Source: an uncultured Thermoleophilia bacterium
Lineage (GTDB): Bacteria > Actinomycetota > Thermoleophilia > UBA2241
Assembly: GCA_963735345.1 (NCBI GenBank)
Contig: CAVTKL010000013.1
Span: forward strand, 193,130-257,129
Length of the DNA stretch: 64,000 nucleotides
Direction: 5' to 3'
The notes below the pieces were generated by a model, which was not told where the DNA came from, made no database searches, and saw nothing but the letters and a program-made list of their open reading frames with translations. Shown in pieces: positions 26,775 through 36,875 of this stretch. Each line of letters starts with the position of its first letter. Position 1 is the stretch's first letter. The position numbers were made by a program, and so were the translations under genes.

Positions 26775-27202
26775 TCTTGCCTCCGCTGTGCCCCGCTCTC
26801 GCTACCCGGGCCCTTCCGGGGGCTTCCCATGCCCCGTTGACCCCCGCTCGAGCGTCACCTTTCCTCCCGCGCTCGGCGTTTCCCGCCGGCGCCGGAGCAT
26901 GACCAGGCCGATCTGCATCGACCCCGTGCACCGCTGATCTGCCCCCTCGTCCCGTGGACGACCCGAAGCAGATGGAGGGCGGAAGGCGACAAGACGTCTC
27001 CACCCCTGACAACGACGCCTGAAGGGTATCGGCCCCCCTGCTCGCAACTTGAGCAGAAAAGGTCCGCATTAGCGAAGGGACCAGATGCCCGCGCGACGCG
27101 AGGGCAAGGAGGCAGCAGATCAGCAGGCCGGTCCACCGCGCCGCCGAACGGCCGCTTCGCCCGCGCGGCGGCAAGCGTGCGCATGGTCGCTCCCCGCCTC
27201 CT

Positions 27203-28156
27203 TCAGCCGCGCGGCGGGACCCCGTCGGCAGGCTTCCCGCCGCGCGGCGGAGCAGCGCTACCGTGCCGCCGCCGCGACCCCGGAGACATCCCGCCGCGGC
27301 GGGGCTGGCACGCTGGGCAGTAGTGGGTGCCGCGACCGCCCACCTCGAGTCTCAGGATCGTCGCGCCGCACACCCGGCACGGCTCGCCTGTCCGTTGGTA
27401 GACGTTGAGGATCTCCTGGAAGCTGCCGCGCATCCCGGCGGGGTCGACGAAGCTCTCGATCGACGAGCCCTCGTGGTCGATGCTGGCCTGCAGAGTCTCA
27501 AGCAGGGCCGCGTGCAGCCGCTGCGCCTGCAGCGGCCTAACGCTCCCGGCGGCGCGCAACGGGTGCAGACGCGCCCGGAAGAGCGCCTCGTCGGCGTAGA
27601 TGTTGCCGACGCCGGCGAGGCGCCGCTGATCGAGGAGGAACGACTTGAGCGGCGCCGTCCGCCCGCGCAGTTCCTCGATCAGATACGCGACAGTGAACTC
27701 AGCGCCGAATGGCTCGGGCCCCATGCGCGCGAAGAAGTCGTCCTCGGCCGCCGGCCGCAGAGCCCACAGGCGACCGAAGCGTCTGACGTCCTGGAAGTGC
27801 AGATACGCTTGCGGCTCGAGGCGCCAGACGAAGCGCGGCGGCCGCTCCGCCGGCCCCGGATCGAACAGCAGCTGACCAGTCATGCGCAGGTGGATGATCG
27901 CCATGGAGGGGCCGACGGACAGTTCGTCTGCCGCGCGGCTTGCGGCACTCGATTCCGCGGCGCTCAGATCGACGATCAGGTACTTGCCGCGGCGACGCAA
28001 GCCCAAGATCCGCCGATCGACGAGCAAGGCGCGTAGCTGCGCCTCGTCCTGCGCGCTGACGCTCGCATCGTTGACGACGACGTCGCGCAGCACCCGCCCG
28101 GTCAGGCAAGCGACCAGCCTGCGGCGCACCGTCTCGACTTCCGGCAACTCAGGCAT
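27203..28156 (-). CDS. mutM: Formamidopyrimidine-DNA glycosylase (Fpg/Nei family)
   Basis: MPELPEVETVRRRL... with catalytic Pro2/Glu3; zinc finger CRVCG...CPACQ. Confidence 0.88.
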   Translation of the reverse strand: MPELPEVETVRRRLVACLTGRVLRDVVVNDASVSAQDEAQLRALLVDRRILGLRRRGKYLIVDLSAAESSAASRAADELSVGPSMAIIHLRMTGQLLFDPGPAERPPRFVWRLEPQAYLHFQDVRRFGRLWALRPAAEDDFFARMGPEPFGAEFTVAYLIEELRGRTAPLKSFLLDQRRLAGVGNIYADEALFRARLHPLRAAGSVRPLQAQRLHAALLETLQASIDHEGSSIESFVDPAGMRGSFQEILNVYQRTGEPCRVCGATILRLEVGGRGTHYCPACQPRRGGMSPGSRRRHGSAAPPRGGKPADGVPPRG

Positions 28157-28169
28157 CAGATGTCCTCAC

Positions 28170-29621
28170 TCACGGATCGGCGTCGCTCGAGTGCGCCAAC
28201 CGCCATTCGCGCAGGAAGACCCGTGCCTCGGTGGCCGTCGTGATCTCGCCCGCCCCGACCTCCTCTTCGAGGGCATGGAGGGCGGCGCCGACGGCGGGGC
28301 CCGGCGGCAGATCGAGCAGCTCCATCACGTCCTCACCGCTGAGGAGCCTCGGCACTGGCGCCTTGCTCACCGTCGTCCACATCGAGCGCGCCAGCCGATA
28401 GTGACGCGCGATCGAGACGCGCGATGTCTTGTCCCCCCGTGTGGCCAGGCGGTCGCAGAGCGACACCACGACGGATTCGAGCACCCACGGGCTGACGTCG
28501 CGCTGATACCGGGTCACGGCGCGCTGCGTCAGGGGCTGCTCGCGCACGAGGAACCCGAGGCGCAGATGCTGGCGCACGAGTGTACTCAGATAGGAGGCGA
28601 ACCGGCTGCTCATGCGCAAGCGCCGCGCGAGGGCGCCGACCATACGGCTGCCGATCTCATCGTGATACCAGAACCCGATCCGTCCGTCGGCGCCGACCGC
28701 CCGCGCCGTCGGCTTGCCGATGTCGTGGAGCAGCACGGCCCAGGAGAGTGGCACGAGCGGCCCGACGCCGGGCAGGCCGGCCTCCACTGGGGAGGCAAGG
28801 TGCTCCCGGCCGCCAAGCTGCTCCACCACGCCGCGCACGTACCCAAGTGCCTCAAGCGTGTGCTCGAACACGTCCCGATGATGGTACTCGTTCTGACCCA
28901 CTCCCTTGAGCCCGTCGACCTCGGGGAGAACGACGGCCAGCGCACCCCAGTCGGCCAGATCGCGCAGCGCGGAGGCGCCGTCCTTGAGGGCAAGCAGCAA
29001 CGACAGTTCCTCGCGCAGCCGCTCGCCGCTGACCCGCGCCAAGCCGGGAGCGGCGCCGGACGCAGCGGCGAGCGCCGCCTCCTCCGGCGCCAGGCCATGC
29101 CCACGAGCCAGGCGCGCCAGGCGCAGGATGCGCAGCGGATCGTCGTCCAAGGCGTCCGGCGAGCACAGGCGCAGGCGGTGGGCGCGCAGATCGTCGCAGC
29201 CGCCGAGCGGGTCGATGAGGGTGCCGCCGGCGAGCGGCCGCGCCATCGCATTGACGGTGAAGTCCCGCCCCAGGAGGTCGCCGGTGAGACGCTCGTCGGG
29301 TCCGCCGCCTCGACCTGCATCCGCGACGGGCCTCAGCGCCGCCACGTCCACGTGCAGTTCGCCGACGACGACACGCCAGGCGCCGAACGCGTCTGACGCC
29401 ATGTAGGCGCTGCCGCCGAGCCGGTCCGCGAGTGTCCGCGAGAACCCCTCAGCGTCACGTTCGACGACGACGTCGATATCGCGTACGGGGAGACCCAGCG
29501 CCTCGTCGCGCAGGCAACCGCCGACGAGCCAGGCGGCGGCGCCGGGCGGCAGGGACGCGCGCGCCGCCGTGAGGAGGTCGTGCGACGACGGCAGTCTGTT
29601 GCTCTGCCGGCGAGTACTCAT
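28170..29621 (-). CDS. cca: CCA-adding tRNA nucleotidyltransferase / poly(A) polymerase-family protein with an HD domain
   Basis: GGCLRDEALGLPVRDIDVVVE... (polymerase beta head domain); LLHDIGKP (HD domain). Start at the internal Met MSTRRQ. Confidence 0.8.
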   Translation of the reverse strand: MSTRRQSNRLPSSHDLLTAARASLPPGAAAWLVGGCLRDEALGLPVRDIDVVVERDAEGFSRTLADRLGGSAYMASDAFGAWRVVVGELHVDVAALRPVADAGRGGGPDERLTGDLLGRDFTVNAMARPLAGGTLIDPLGGCDDLRAHRLRLCSPDALDDDPLRILRLARLARGHGLAPEEAALAAASGAAPGLARVSGERLREELSLLLALKDGASALRDLADWGALAVVLPEVDGLKGVGQNEYHHRDVFEHTLEALGYVRGVVEQLGGREHLASPVEAGLPGVGPLVPLSWAVLLHDIGKPTARAVGADGRIGFWYHDEIGSRMVGALARRLRMSSRFASYLSTLVRQHLRLGFLVREQPLTQRAVTRYQRDVSPWVLESVVVSLCDRLATRGDKTSRVSIARHYRLARSMWTTVSKAPVPRLLSGEDVMELLDLPPGPAVGAALHALEEEVGAGEITTATEARVFLREWRLAHSSDADP

Positions 29622-29628
29622 GATGGCG

Positions 29629-30789
29629 CTAGGATCTCGACCGATCGGTGGGCGCGCCTGACGCCACGCCGCGATAGCGACGCACGACGCGCGGCGCCAC
29701 GTGGCAGACGACCTCGTAGTTGATCGTCTCCAGCAGTCGCGCCGTCTCCTCGCAGAGGATGCGCGGCGCGGCAGAATCCAGGTCTCCGGCGGGGACGTCG
29801 CCGGACGGACCGAAGAACACGACCTCGTCGCCGGCCCTCCCCCAGTCGGCGGGCAGACGCACGGTGAGCTGATCCATGCTGATGGTGCCGGCGATGCGAC
29901 AGCGACGTCCCGCGACCAGCACATCGCCACGGTTCGTGAGAAGCCGGTTCACGCCGTCGGCGTACCCGATCGGCACGATGCCGACTCTCGTCGGCTCGTC
30001 GGCCACGAAGCGCCGACCATACCCTACGGACTCCCCGGGGGCCACGACGCGCACCCCGGCGATGTACGAGCTGAGCTTCATCGCCGGCCGCAGTCCATGT
30101 CGGGACGGATCGTCGTTGGCCGGCGCCAGCCCGTACATGGCGATGCCGGTACGCACCATGCCGAAGTGAGAGCGCGGCCCACGCAGCGTCGCCGCGCTGT
30201 TCGCCGTGTGGCAGAGGAGATCCGGGTAGGTCCCCGCCAGATCCCCGGCAAGCGCCCCGAAGCGCCCAAGCTGGTACTCGAAGAACGCGGTGTCCTCTTC
30301 GTCGGCCGTCGCGAAGTGACTCATGAGGCCGCTGAGGAGCCCGCCCGCCGCCGCCCGCGCGCACAGCGCGCGCGCCTCCGCCTCAGTGACGCCAAGGCGG
30401 CCCATCCCCGAGTCGAACTTGATGTGCATGCGGGCGCCGAGCTGCAGCGCGGCATCCAGGAAGGATGCCGACCACACGACGACCTCGGCGCCGGCCGCGA
30501 CCGCGCGCCCCAGTTCCACGCCGGTCATGGGGCCGAAGATCAGGATCGGCGCCGCAAACCCGGCCGCGCGCAACTCCTCGGCCTCTCCGGGAGTCGCGAC
30601 ACCCAGCCATGTGGATCCGGCCGCGAGGGCGGCGCCGGCGACCGGCACCGCGCCGTGTCCATAGCCGTTGGCCTTCACGACGGCGCAATGCACGGCCCCA
30701 TCCGGCAGGTCGCGCATGAGCCGGCGCACGTTCGCACGGACGGCCTCGAGATCGACCTCGGCCAGCGCGCGCTCGCGGCCGGCCAGCAT
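29629..30789 (-). CDS. alr: Alanine racemase
   Basis: AVVKANGYGHG (PLP Lys) ...; start chosen at MLAGRERALAEVDL. Confidence 0.85.
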   Translation of the reverse strand: MLAGRERALAEVDLEAVRANVRRLMRDLPDGAVHCAVVKANGYGHGAVPVAGAALAAGSTWLGVATPGEAEELRAAGFAAPILIFGPMTGVELGRAVAAGAEVVVWSASFLDAALQLGARMHIKFDSGMGRLGVTEAEARALCARAAAGGLLSGLMSHFATADEEDTAFFEYQLGRFGALAGDLAGTYPDLLCHTANSAATLRGPRSHFGMVRTGIAMYGLAPANDDPSRHGLRPAMKLSSYIAGVRVVAPGESVGYGRRFVADEPTRVGIVPIGYADGVNRLLTNRGDVLVAGRRCRIAGTISMDQLTVRLPADWGRAGDEVVFFGPSGDVPAGDLDSAAPRILCEETARLLETINYEVVCHVAPRVVRRYRGVASGAPTDRSRS

Positions 30790-30790
30790 C

Positions 30791-31270
30791 TCAGAGCTCC
30801 AGGAGCTTGATGATGTCGTGCCGCGAGACGACGCCCACCACCTTACCGTCGTCCTCGACGGGGACGCGATCGAACCCATGCCTCGACATCAGCGTCGCCG
30901 CCGCGCGCGCCGGATCGTCCGGCTTCACCGTGAGCGGCGCCGGCGTCATGAGGTCCGCCACGGTCGCGGCGACGGCCTTCTGCAGGTGCTCCTTGAACTT
31001 CTTCTGGCTGCCCAGATAGATGATGCTGTCGAAGAGCTCGAAGTAGTGGGGCATCGGCACGTCTGAGTCCAGCGCCATCAGGTCGCCTTCGGTCACGATG
31101 CCGACCAACTCATCTTTCGCGTTGACGACGGGGACGCCGCCCACGCGATGCTCCCGGAACACGGCGACGAGCTCCTTGACGCTCAACTCGGGGTGAACGG
31201 TGATGGCCGGCGTGGTCATGATATCGCGGGCCAGGACCTCGCCCGGACCAGGTTTGTCAGTGGTGGACAT
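30791..31270 (-). CDS. CBS-domain pair protein
   Basis: Two CBS motifs (ARDIMTTPAITVHPE..., VADLMTPAPLTVKPD...). Confidence 0.8.
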   Translation of the reverse strand: MSTTDKPGPGEVLARDIMTTPAITVHPELSVKELVAVFREHRVGGVPVVNAKDELVGIVTEGDLMALDSDVPMPHYFELFDSIIYLGSQKKFKEHLQKAVAATVADLMTPAPLTVKPDDPARAAATLMSRHGFDRVPVEDDGKVVGVVSRHDIIKLLEL

Positions 31271-32838
31271 GTGCCTCCTCCTGTGGGCCGGCCTTGAGCC
31301 GCTCGACGGCGGCCGGCAGGAACTGGAACAGATCGCTGGCGATCATGCCTTCGGTGCCCACCGCGTTCTCGGCGGCGAGGTCGGCGGCGAGCCCGTGCAG
31401 GTACGCTCCGAGGCAGGCCGCGTCGGTCGCGGCAAGCCCCTTGGCCAGCTGCGCGGTGATGACCCCGCTGAGCACGTCGCCCGTACCGGGCGTCGCCAGG
31501 CCGGGGTTGCCGGTCGGGACGACGAAGGCCCGTCCCGACGGATCCGCGACGATCGTCCCCTCGCCCTTGAGGACCACCGTCGCGCCACTGCGCTGCGCCG
31601 CCGATCGGGCACACGTGAGGCGCTGGGCCGAGACATCATCGGCGGGCAGACCCAGCAGGCGGCCCAGTTCGCCCTCGTGCGGCGTGAGCACCGTGGGCGC
31701 CGTACGGTCCGCCAGCAGCTCCGGCCGGTCGCCCAGCGCGTACAGCGCGTCGGCGTCGAGCAGCAGCGGACGCTCGACGGCGACGAGCTCCCGGACCAGC
31801 AGTTGCGCCGCGTCGGCCCGGCCCAGGCCGGGGCCCATGGCCACGGCCTGCAGCCCCGCCGTCTCGGCGAACAGCGCGCTCCGCCCGGCCATCGCGAACT
31901 GCCCGTCGGCGCCGGGCACCTCGACGGTGATGACCTCCGGGTAAGGCTTCTCGCCGCCCGCCCCCTGCGGGCAACGCGACGTGCACGAGGCCGGCGCCGC
32001 TGCGCAACGCCGCCATGGCGGTCATGTGGGCGGCGCCGGTCATGCCGCGCGAGCCGCCCACCACGAGCACCGTGCCGACCGAGCGCTTGTGGTCCAGCGC
32101 GCCCTTCGGCACGATCAGGTCCTCGAGCCCGTCCTCCGTGAGCAGCAGGACCTCGGCGTCGCGGTCGCAGCACGACGGGATGCCGATGGACACGACCATC
32201 ACTTCCCCGCTGAAGATACCGCCCGGCGTCACGAAGTGGCCGATCTTGGCGGCGTGCAGCGCCACCGTGAGATCGGCGATGACGGCCGGCCCGTGCACGG
32301 TGCCGGAGCCGGCCCCCACGCCGCTGGCGATGTCGATGCTCACGACCGTGCCCGGCGCCTCGTTGATGAGCTCGATGGCCGCCGCCGCCGTCCCCTTGGC
32401 GGCGCCGGTGAAGCCGGTGCCGAAGAGCGCGTCGACGACCACGTCGGCGCTGAGAAGAGCCTCGAGGGCCTCAGGGGCCAAAGCGCACTCGGCGTCGAAG
32501 CACGCGAGGACGTCGACGCCGATCGCGTCGAGGATCTCGCGGTTCAGCCGCGCGTCGCCGCTCAAAGCGCCGGCGTCCGGCAGCGTCAGAACGCTGACGT
32601 CCACGCCGGCCTCATGCAACTCCCGGGCGACGACGAAGCCGTCGCCGCCGTTGTTGCCCTTGCCGGCCACGACGACCGCAGCCTCCGGCTCGTAGCGCTC
32701 GAGGATCTCGCGGGCCACCGCCATCCCGGCGCGCTCCATGAGGTGGCCGCCGGGGATGCCCACCCCTTGGATGGCGGCAGTGTCGATCTGTCGCATGGCG
32801 TCGGCGGTGTGCAGGCCGATCAGCAACGACTCATCCAT
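31257..32838 (-). pseudogene. nnr: Bifunctional NAD(P)H-hydrate repair enzyme Nnr (YjeF-N epimerase plus YjeF-C dehydratase) interrupted by a 1-nt frameshift in a G-run near 31955
   Basis: The N-terminal part runs to ...SGAGLVHVALPAGG in one frame. The C-terminal part ...EKPYPEVITVEVPGADGQ...GPGLG...LLDADAL...GTGDVLSG... is in another frame. The junction lies in gcagggggcgggcgg. Confidence 0.7.
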
Positions 32839-33265
32839 TGGCGCTCTCCTTCAGAGCGGCGGCCACGGCGTACGCCATGCCGCCGGTATGGCTCAGCGAG
32901 ACCTCGACGCGCGTGACGCCCAAGCGGCGCGCCACCTCGGCGACATCTCCGTGCAGCGCGATCCGCGGCTTACCTCCCGAGAGGACCTCGATGTCGCGCC
33001 ACACAAAACCGATGATACCGATTCCCAGGGCTTTGCCGACAGCTTCCTTCGCGGCAAACCGCGCCGCGTAGCGGGGGAACGGATCGGCGAACCCGTCCGC
33101 GTAAGCGCGCTCCTGCTCGCTGAAGAGCCTCTCGTAGGCTCTGGGCAGACGCTGCAGCAGGCGAGCGATGCGCGCAGCCTCCACAACATCGATGCCGAGT
33201 CCCAGCAGCAGGCCCCCGGGTGGGATGACTGGAACGAACGAACGCCTCGCGTCAGCGCCGCTCAC
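32831..33265 (-). CDS. acpS: Holo-[acyl-carrier-protein] synthase (4'-phosphopantetheinyl transferase)
   Basis: LLGLGIDVVEAARIARLL...FSEQERAY...; the true start is probably an internal GTG/TTG near LLLGLGIDVV. Confidence 0.75.
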   Translation of the reverse strand: MSGADARRSFVPVIPPGGLLLGLGIDVVEAARIARLLQRLPRAYERLFSEQERAYADGFADPFPRYAARFAAKEAVGKALGIGIIGFVWRDIEVLSGGKPRIALHGDVAEVARRLGVTRVEVSLSHTGGMAYAVAAALKESANG

Positions 33266-33271
33266 GCCGCA

Positions 33272-35098
33272 TCACTCGACCGTGACTGTCTTGGCGAGGT
33301 TGCGCGGCTGATCCACGTTGAGCCCCTTGATGACGGCGATGTGATAGGCGAGCAGCTGCAGGGGCACCACCGTGAGAATCGGCGCCAGATGGTAGTCGCT
33401 CTTCGGCACCCAGAGGACGTCGCGCGAGAGCTCGGCGATGGTCTCGTTGCCGTCGCTGGCAACCGCGATGATGTCGGCGCCACGCGCCCGCACCTCTTCG
33501 ATGTTGCTCACCAGCTTCGCGAACACGGGGCTGTCGTCGGCGACCACGACCACCGGCGACTCCTCGTCCAGGAGGGCGATCGGTCCGTGCTTCATCTCAC
33601 CCGCCGCGTAGGCCTCCGTGGGGATGTAGCTGATCTCCTTGAGCTTCAGGGCGCCCTCGAGGCACACGGCGAACCCCATGCCGCGCCCCAGGTAGAGGAA
33701 GAAGCGTTCGTCGTGGTAGCGCTGCGCCACCGCGGTCACCGCGCTGTCACGCTCGAGGAGTTGCGCCACCTTGTTGGGGATGGAGCGGAGCTCACGGCCG
33801 AGACGCTTGAGCTCGGCCTCGGGCTGCATGCCGCGAGCCCACGCGAGGCGCAGGGCCAGGAGCAGCATGGCGGCGACCTGTGCGGTATGCGTCTTGGTCG
33901 CCGCCACCCCGATCTCGAGCCCGGCGCGGGTGTACAGCACGTAGTCGGCGTCGCGCGACGCCTGGCTGCCCATCACATTGGTGAGAGCCAGCACGGGCGA
34001 GCCCGCCTGCCGGGCGAGCCGCATCGCCGCCAGCGTGTCCGCGGTCTCTCCCGATTGCGTGATGCCGATCACCAGCGTCTCGGGGTCGAACACCGGCTCG
34101 CGGTAGCGGAACTCGCTGGCCACGTCGATCTGGACCGGCACGCGGGCGAGCTGTTCGATGGCGTAGCTGACGATCAGACCGGCGTGATAGGACGTGCCGC
34201 AGGCGACGATGAAGACGCGCCGCAGGCGACGCAGCATCTCGTCGCTGATCCCCACCTCGCCGAGGTCGACCGTGCCGTCGGCGAGAAGGCGGCCGGCAAG
34301 CGTCTCCTGCAGAGCCGCCGGCTGCTCGTGGATCTCCTTGAGCATGAAGGTCTCGAAGCCGCCCTTCTCGGCGGCGGCTTCGTCCCAGTCCACGACCGAG
34401 TGCGGGCGCTCCAGCGGTTGGCCGGCGACGTCACAGATGGCGACGCCGTCGGCGTCGATGGTGGCGACGTCGCCGTCATCCAGGATGACGATGGTCCGCG
34501 TGTGCGCCATGAAGGCGGGGATCGCCGACGCGAAGAACATCTCATGGTCGCCCACGCCCACGACGAGCGGAGCCTGCTTGCGCGTACCGACGATGATGTC
34601 GGGCTCGTCGGCGGAGACCGCACAGAACGCGTAGTAGCCTTCGAGCCTCCCCAGGATCACCCGCACGGCGGCTGTAAGACCGTCCGCAAGATTCTCCTCG
34701 ATGAGGTGCGCGATGACCTCGGCGTCGGTCTCGCTGTGGAGCGTGTGGCCACGCCCGCGGAGCTCGGCGCGCAGCTCCTTGTAGTTCTCGACGATGCCGT
34801 TGACGACGATCGACACACGCCCAGTGCAGTCCTCGTGGGGATGGGCGTTCTCTTCACTGGGTCGGCCGTGTGTCGCCCAGCGCGTATGGCCGAGACCCGT
34901 GGTGGCCTGCGAGCCGTTCGGGCCCGCTGCCGCGAAGAGCGCGTCGAGGTTGCCCACGGCGCGCACCGCGTCGAGACCCTCATGGTCGACCAGCACAAGG
35001 CCCGCGGAGTCATAGCCGCGGTACTCGAGCCGACGCAGTCCGTCGAGGAGGATTGGCTTGCTCGGGCGCCGCCCGGCGTAGCCTACGATGCCGCACAT
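33272..35098 (-). CDS. glmS: Glutamine--fructose-6-phosphate aminotransferase
   Basis: MCGIVGYAG... (N-terminal nucleophile Cys); 608 aa with SIS domains. Confidence 0.95.
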   Translation of the reverse strand: MCGIVGYAGRRPSKPILLDGLRRLEYRGYDSAGLVLVDHEGLDAVRAVGNLDALFAAAGPNGSQATTGLGHTRWATHGRPSEENAHPHEDCTGRVSIVVNGIVENYKELRAELRGRGHTLHSETDAEVIAHLIEENLADGLTAAVRVILGRLEGYYAFCAVSADEPDIIVGTRKQAPLVVGVGDHEMFFASAIPAFMAHTRTIVILDDGDVATIDADGVAICDVAGQPLERPHSVVDWDEAAAEKGGFETFMLKEIHEQPAALQETLAGRLLADGTVDLGEVGISDEMLRRLRRVFIVACGTSYHAGLIVSYAIEQLARVPVQIDVASEFRYREPVFDPETLVIGITQSGETADTLAAMRLARQAGSPVLALTNVMGSQASRDADYVLYTRAGLEIGVAATKTHTAQVAAMLLLALRLAWARGMQPEAELKRLGRELRSIPNKVAQLLERDSAVTAVAQRYHDERFFLYLGRGMGFAVCLEGALKLKEISYIPTEAYAAGEMKHGPIALLDEESPVVVVADDSPVFAKLVSNIEEVRARGADIIAVASDGNETIAELSRDVLWVPKSDYHLAPILTVVPLQLLAYHIAVIKGLNVDQPRNLAKTVTVE

Positions 35099-35104
35099 AC
35101 GTGC

Positions 35105-35290
35105 TCCCTTCCCTGGGTGCGAACGCAGGCAGACGCGTCGCGGACGGCACCTTCGAGCCTTTTTGTGCCGCCGTTACCGGCGGGTTTTGTGGGCTCGATC
35201 ACGACCGTGCCGGGCCGGGAGGCATCCGCCGAACTCTTCGATGAACCTCCACCTCGTCGCCCAGATGTGGTCCTGGGCCTGGCGCTCGGG
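35105..35290 (-). ncRNA. glmS ribozyme (GlcN6P-responsive self-cleaving riboswitch) in the glmS 5' leader
   Basis: The minus-strand RNA reads ...A|GCGCCAGGCCCAGGACCACAUCUGGGCGACGAGGUGGAGGUUCAUCGAAGAGUUCGGCGGAUGCCUCCCGGCC.... This matches the conserved glmS core GACGAGGAUGGAGGUUAUCGAAUUUUCGGCGGAUGCCUCCCGGCUG, and the AGCGCC cleavage-site motif is present. Confidence 0.8.
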
Positions 35291-35352
35291 TTGCCTGCGG
35301 GTGTCCGCTCCGCCGCTCTGCGTGTGTGCGGCTATAGTACAGGTTCGGCGGG

Positions 35353-36690
35353 TCAGCCGAGGTGCTCGTCGACGAGCTCGGCGAGACGTCCGCAGACGTC
35401 CTCGACCTCGGCGTCGGTAGGCGCCTCCACCATGACCCTCACCAGCGGCTCGGTACCGGAGGGACGCACCAGCACGCGGCCGCGCCCGTCCAGGCGGTGG
35501 GACTCCTCGTCGACCGCTGCCCACACCTGCGTCGCGCCCTCCAGCGCGCCCATATCGCGCACCCGCACGTTGACGAGCTTCTGCGGCAGGCGGGTCATGA
35601 CGCGCGCCGCCTCGGCAAGGGGCGCCCGCATCTCGCTGAGCGCCTGAAGAAGCAGGAAGGCGGTCGCAAGGCCGTCACCAGTGCTGCAGACGTCGCGATT
35701 GATGATGTGCCCCGACTGCTCGCCGCCGAGGACGTGGTCGCCCCTGAGCATCTCGGCGACCACATAGCGGTCGCCCACCGCCGTGACCAGCACCTCGATG
35801 CCCTCCCGCCGCATGGCGTGATGGAAGCCGAGGTTCGTCATGACCGTGGTCACCACCGTGTCGTTGCGCAGCATGCCGCGAGCCTTGAGATGCCGGGCGA
35901 GGATGGCGATGATGAAATCGCCGTCGACCAGTTCGCCCCCGGCATCGACGGCCAGGACGCGGTCGCCGTCGCCGTCGAAGGCGAGACCAAGATCGTAGCC
36001 GTCGCCGGCCACCATGGTCTGCAGACCGGCGATGTGCGTGCTGCCGCACCCCGCATTGATGTTGATGCCGTCCGGGGCGGCGCACACCACGGTGACGTCG
36101 GCGCCCGATTGAGCCAGAGCCATTGGCGCTGCCTGCGACATGGCGCCGTTGGCGCAATCGACGGCAATGCGCATGCCGCGCAGATCGAGCGGGATGCGCC
36201 GCACGATCTCCTCGACATAGCTGTCGAGAGCTCCATCGAGCATCGAGTGCGAGCCGAACCCGCGACCGACAAGAGACTGTAGGTCGTGATAGGCGATGTG
36301 CGCCTCGATCTCCGCCTCTTCCTCGTCGCTGAGCTTGAGCCCAGCTGAGGAGAAGAACTTGATGCCGTTGTCGGCGAAGGGGTTGTGCGAGGCGCTGATC
36401 ACGACGCCGGCCTGCGCACCACGCCGGCCGACGAGCATCGCAAGGCCTGGCGTGGGGATCACTCCGGCGAGTTCGACCCGGGCTCCGCCACTGGTGAGGC
36501 CGGCGGTGAGCGCCGCCTCGAGCATGGGCCCGGACAGGCGCGTGTCGCGGCCGATCACGAAGAGCGGCGGCCGGCCGGACGTCTTGCCCACGACCACGGC
36601 TGCGGCGCGGCCGACCTGCACGGCGAACTCCGGAGTCAGCAGTTCGCCGGCGATGCCGCGGATGCCGTCCGTGCCGAAGAGTGTTCCCAT
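35353..36690 (-). CDS. glmM: Phosphoglucosamine mutase
   Basis: MGTLFGTDGIRG...; phosphoserine loop SHNP (SASHNPF...). Confidence 0.9.
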   Translation of the reverse strand: MGTLFGTDGIRGIAGELLTPEFAVQVGRAAAVVVGKTSGRPPLFVIGRDTRLSGPMLEAALTAGLTSGGARVELAGVIPTPGLAMLVGRRGAQAGVVISASHNPFADNGIKFFSSAGLKLSDEEEAEIEAHIAYHDLQSLVGRGFGSHSMLDGALDSYVEEIVRRIPLDLRGMRIAVDCANGAMSQAAPMALAQSGADVTVVCAAPDGININAGCGSTHIAGLQTMVAGDGYDLGLAFDGDGDRVLAVDAGGELVDGDFIIAILARHLKARGMLRNDTVVTTVMTNLGFHHAMRREGIEVLVTAVGDRYVVAEMLRGDHVLGGEQSGHIINRDVCSTGDGLATAFLLLQALSEMRAPLAEAARVMTRLPQKLVNVRVRDMGALEGATQVWAAVDEESHRLDGRGRVLVRPSGTEPLVRVMVEAPTDAEVEDVCGRLAELVDEHLG

Positions 36691-36875
36691 AGAAGTGCGA
36701 TCCCGGTGTTCGCGGATGGACGACGCCTCGACGCCGCTGACTCGCGTCATGCTACGCGGCCACTCCAGTGGCCGCAAACCCACCGCGCCGCGAGCGCACG
36801 CAGGGCTCCGTCACGCCCCATGGTATCCTCTCGGCAGCTCCTCACACCGCCTCCGGAGCCGAAAGAGATCAGCCA

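Noticed and set aside
27038-27056. A small hairpin CTGCTCgcaacttGAGCAG downstream of fpg
   Set aside because: It has a 6-bp stem, and its A-run is on the wrong side for a terminator of the minus-strand gene. It is probably incidental.
26775-27202. The 428-nt gap upstream of the tasA cluster, checked for small genes, tRNA or repeats
   Set aside because: Only spurious high-GC ORFs (26855-27184 and others) are present. There is no convincing promoter consensus or RNA structure.
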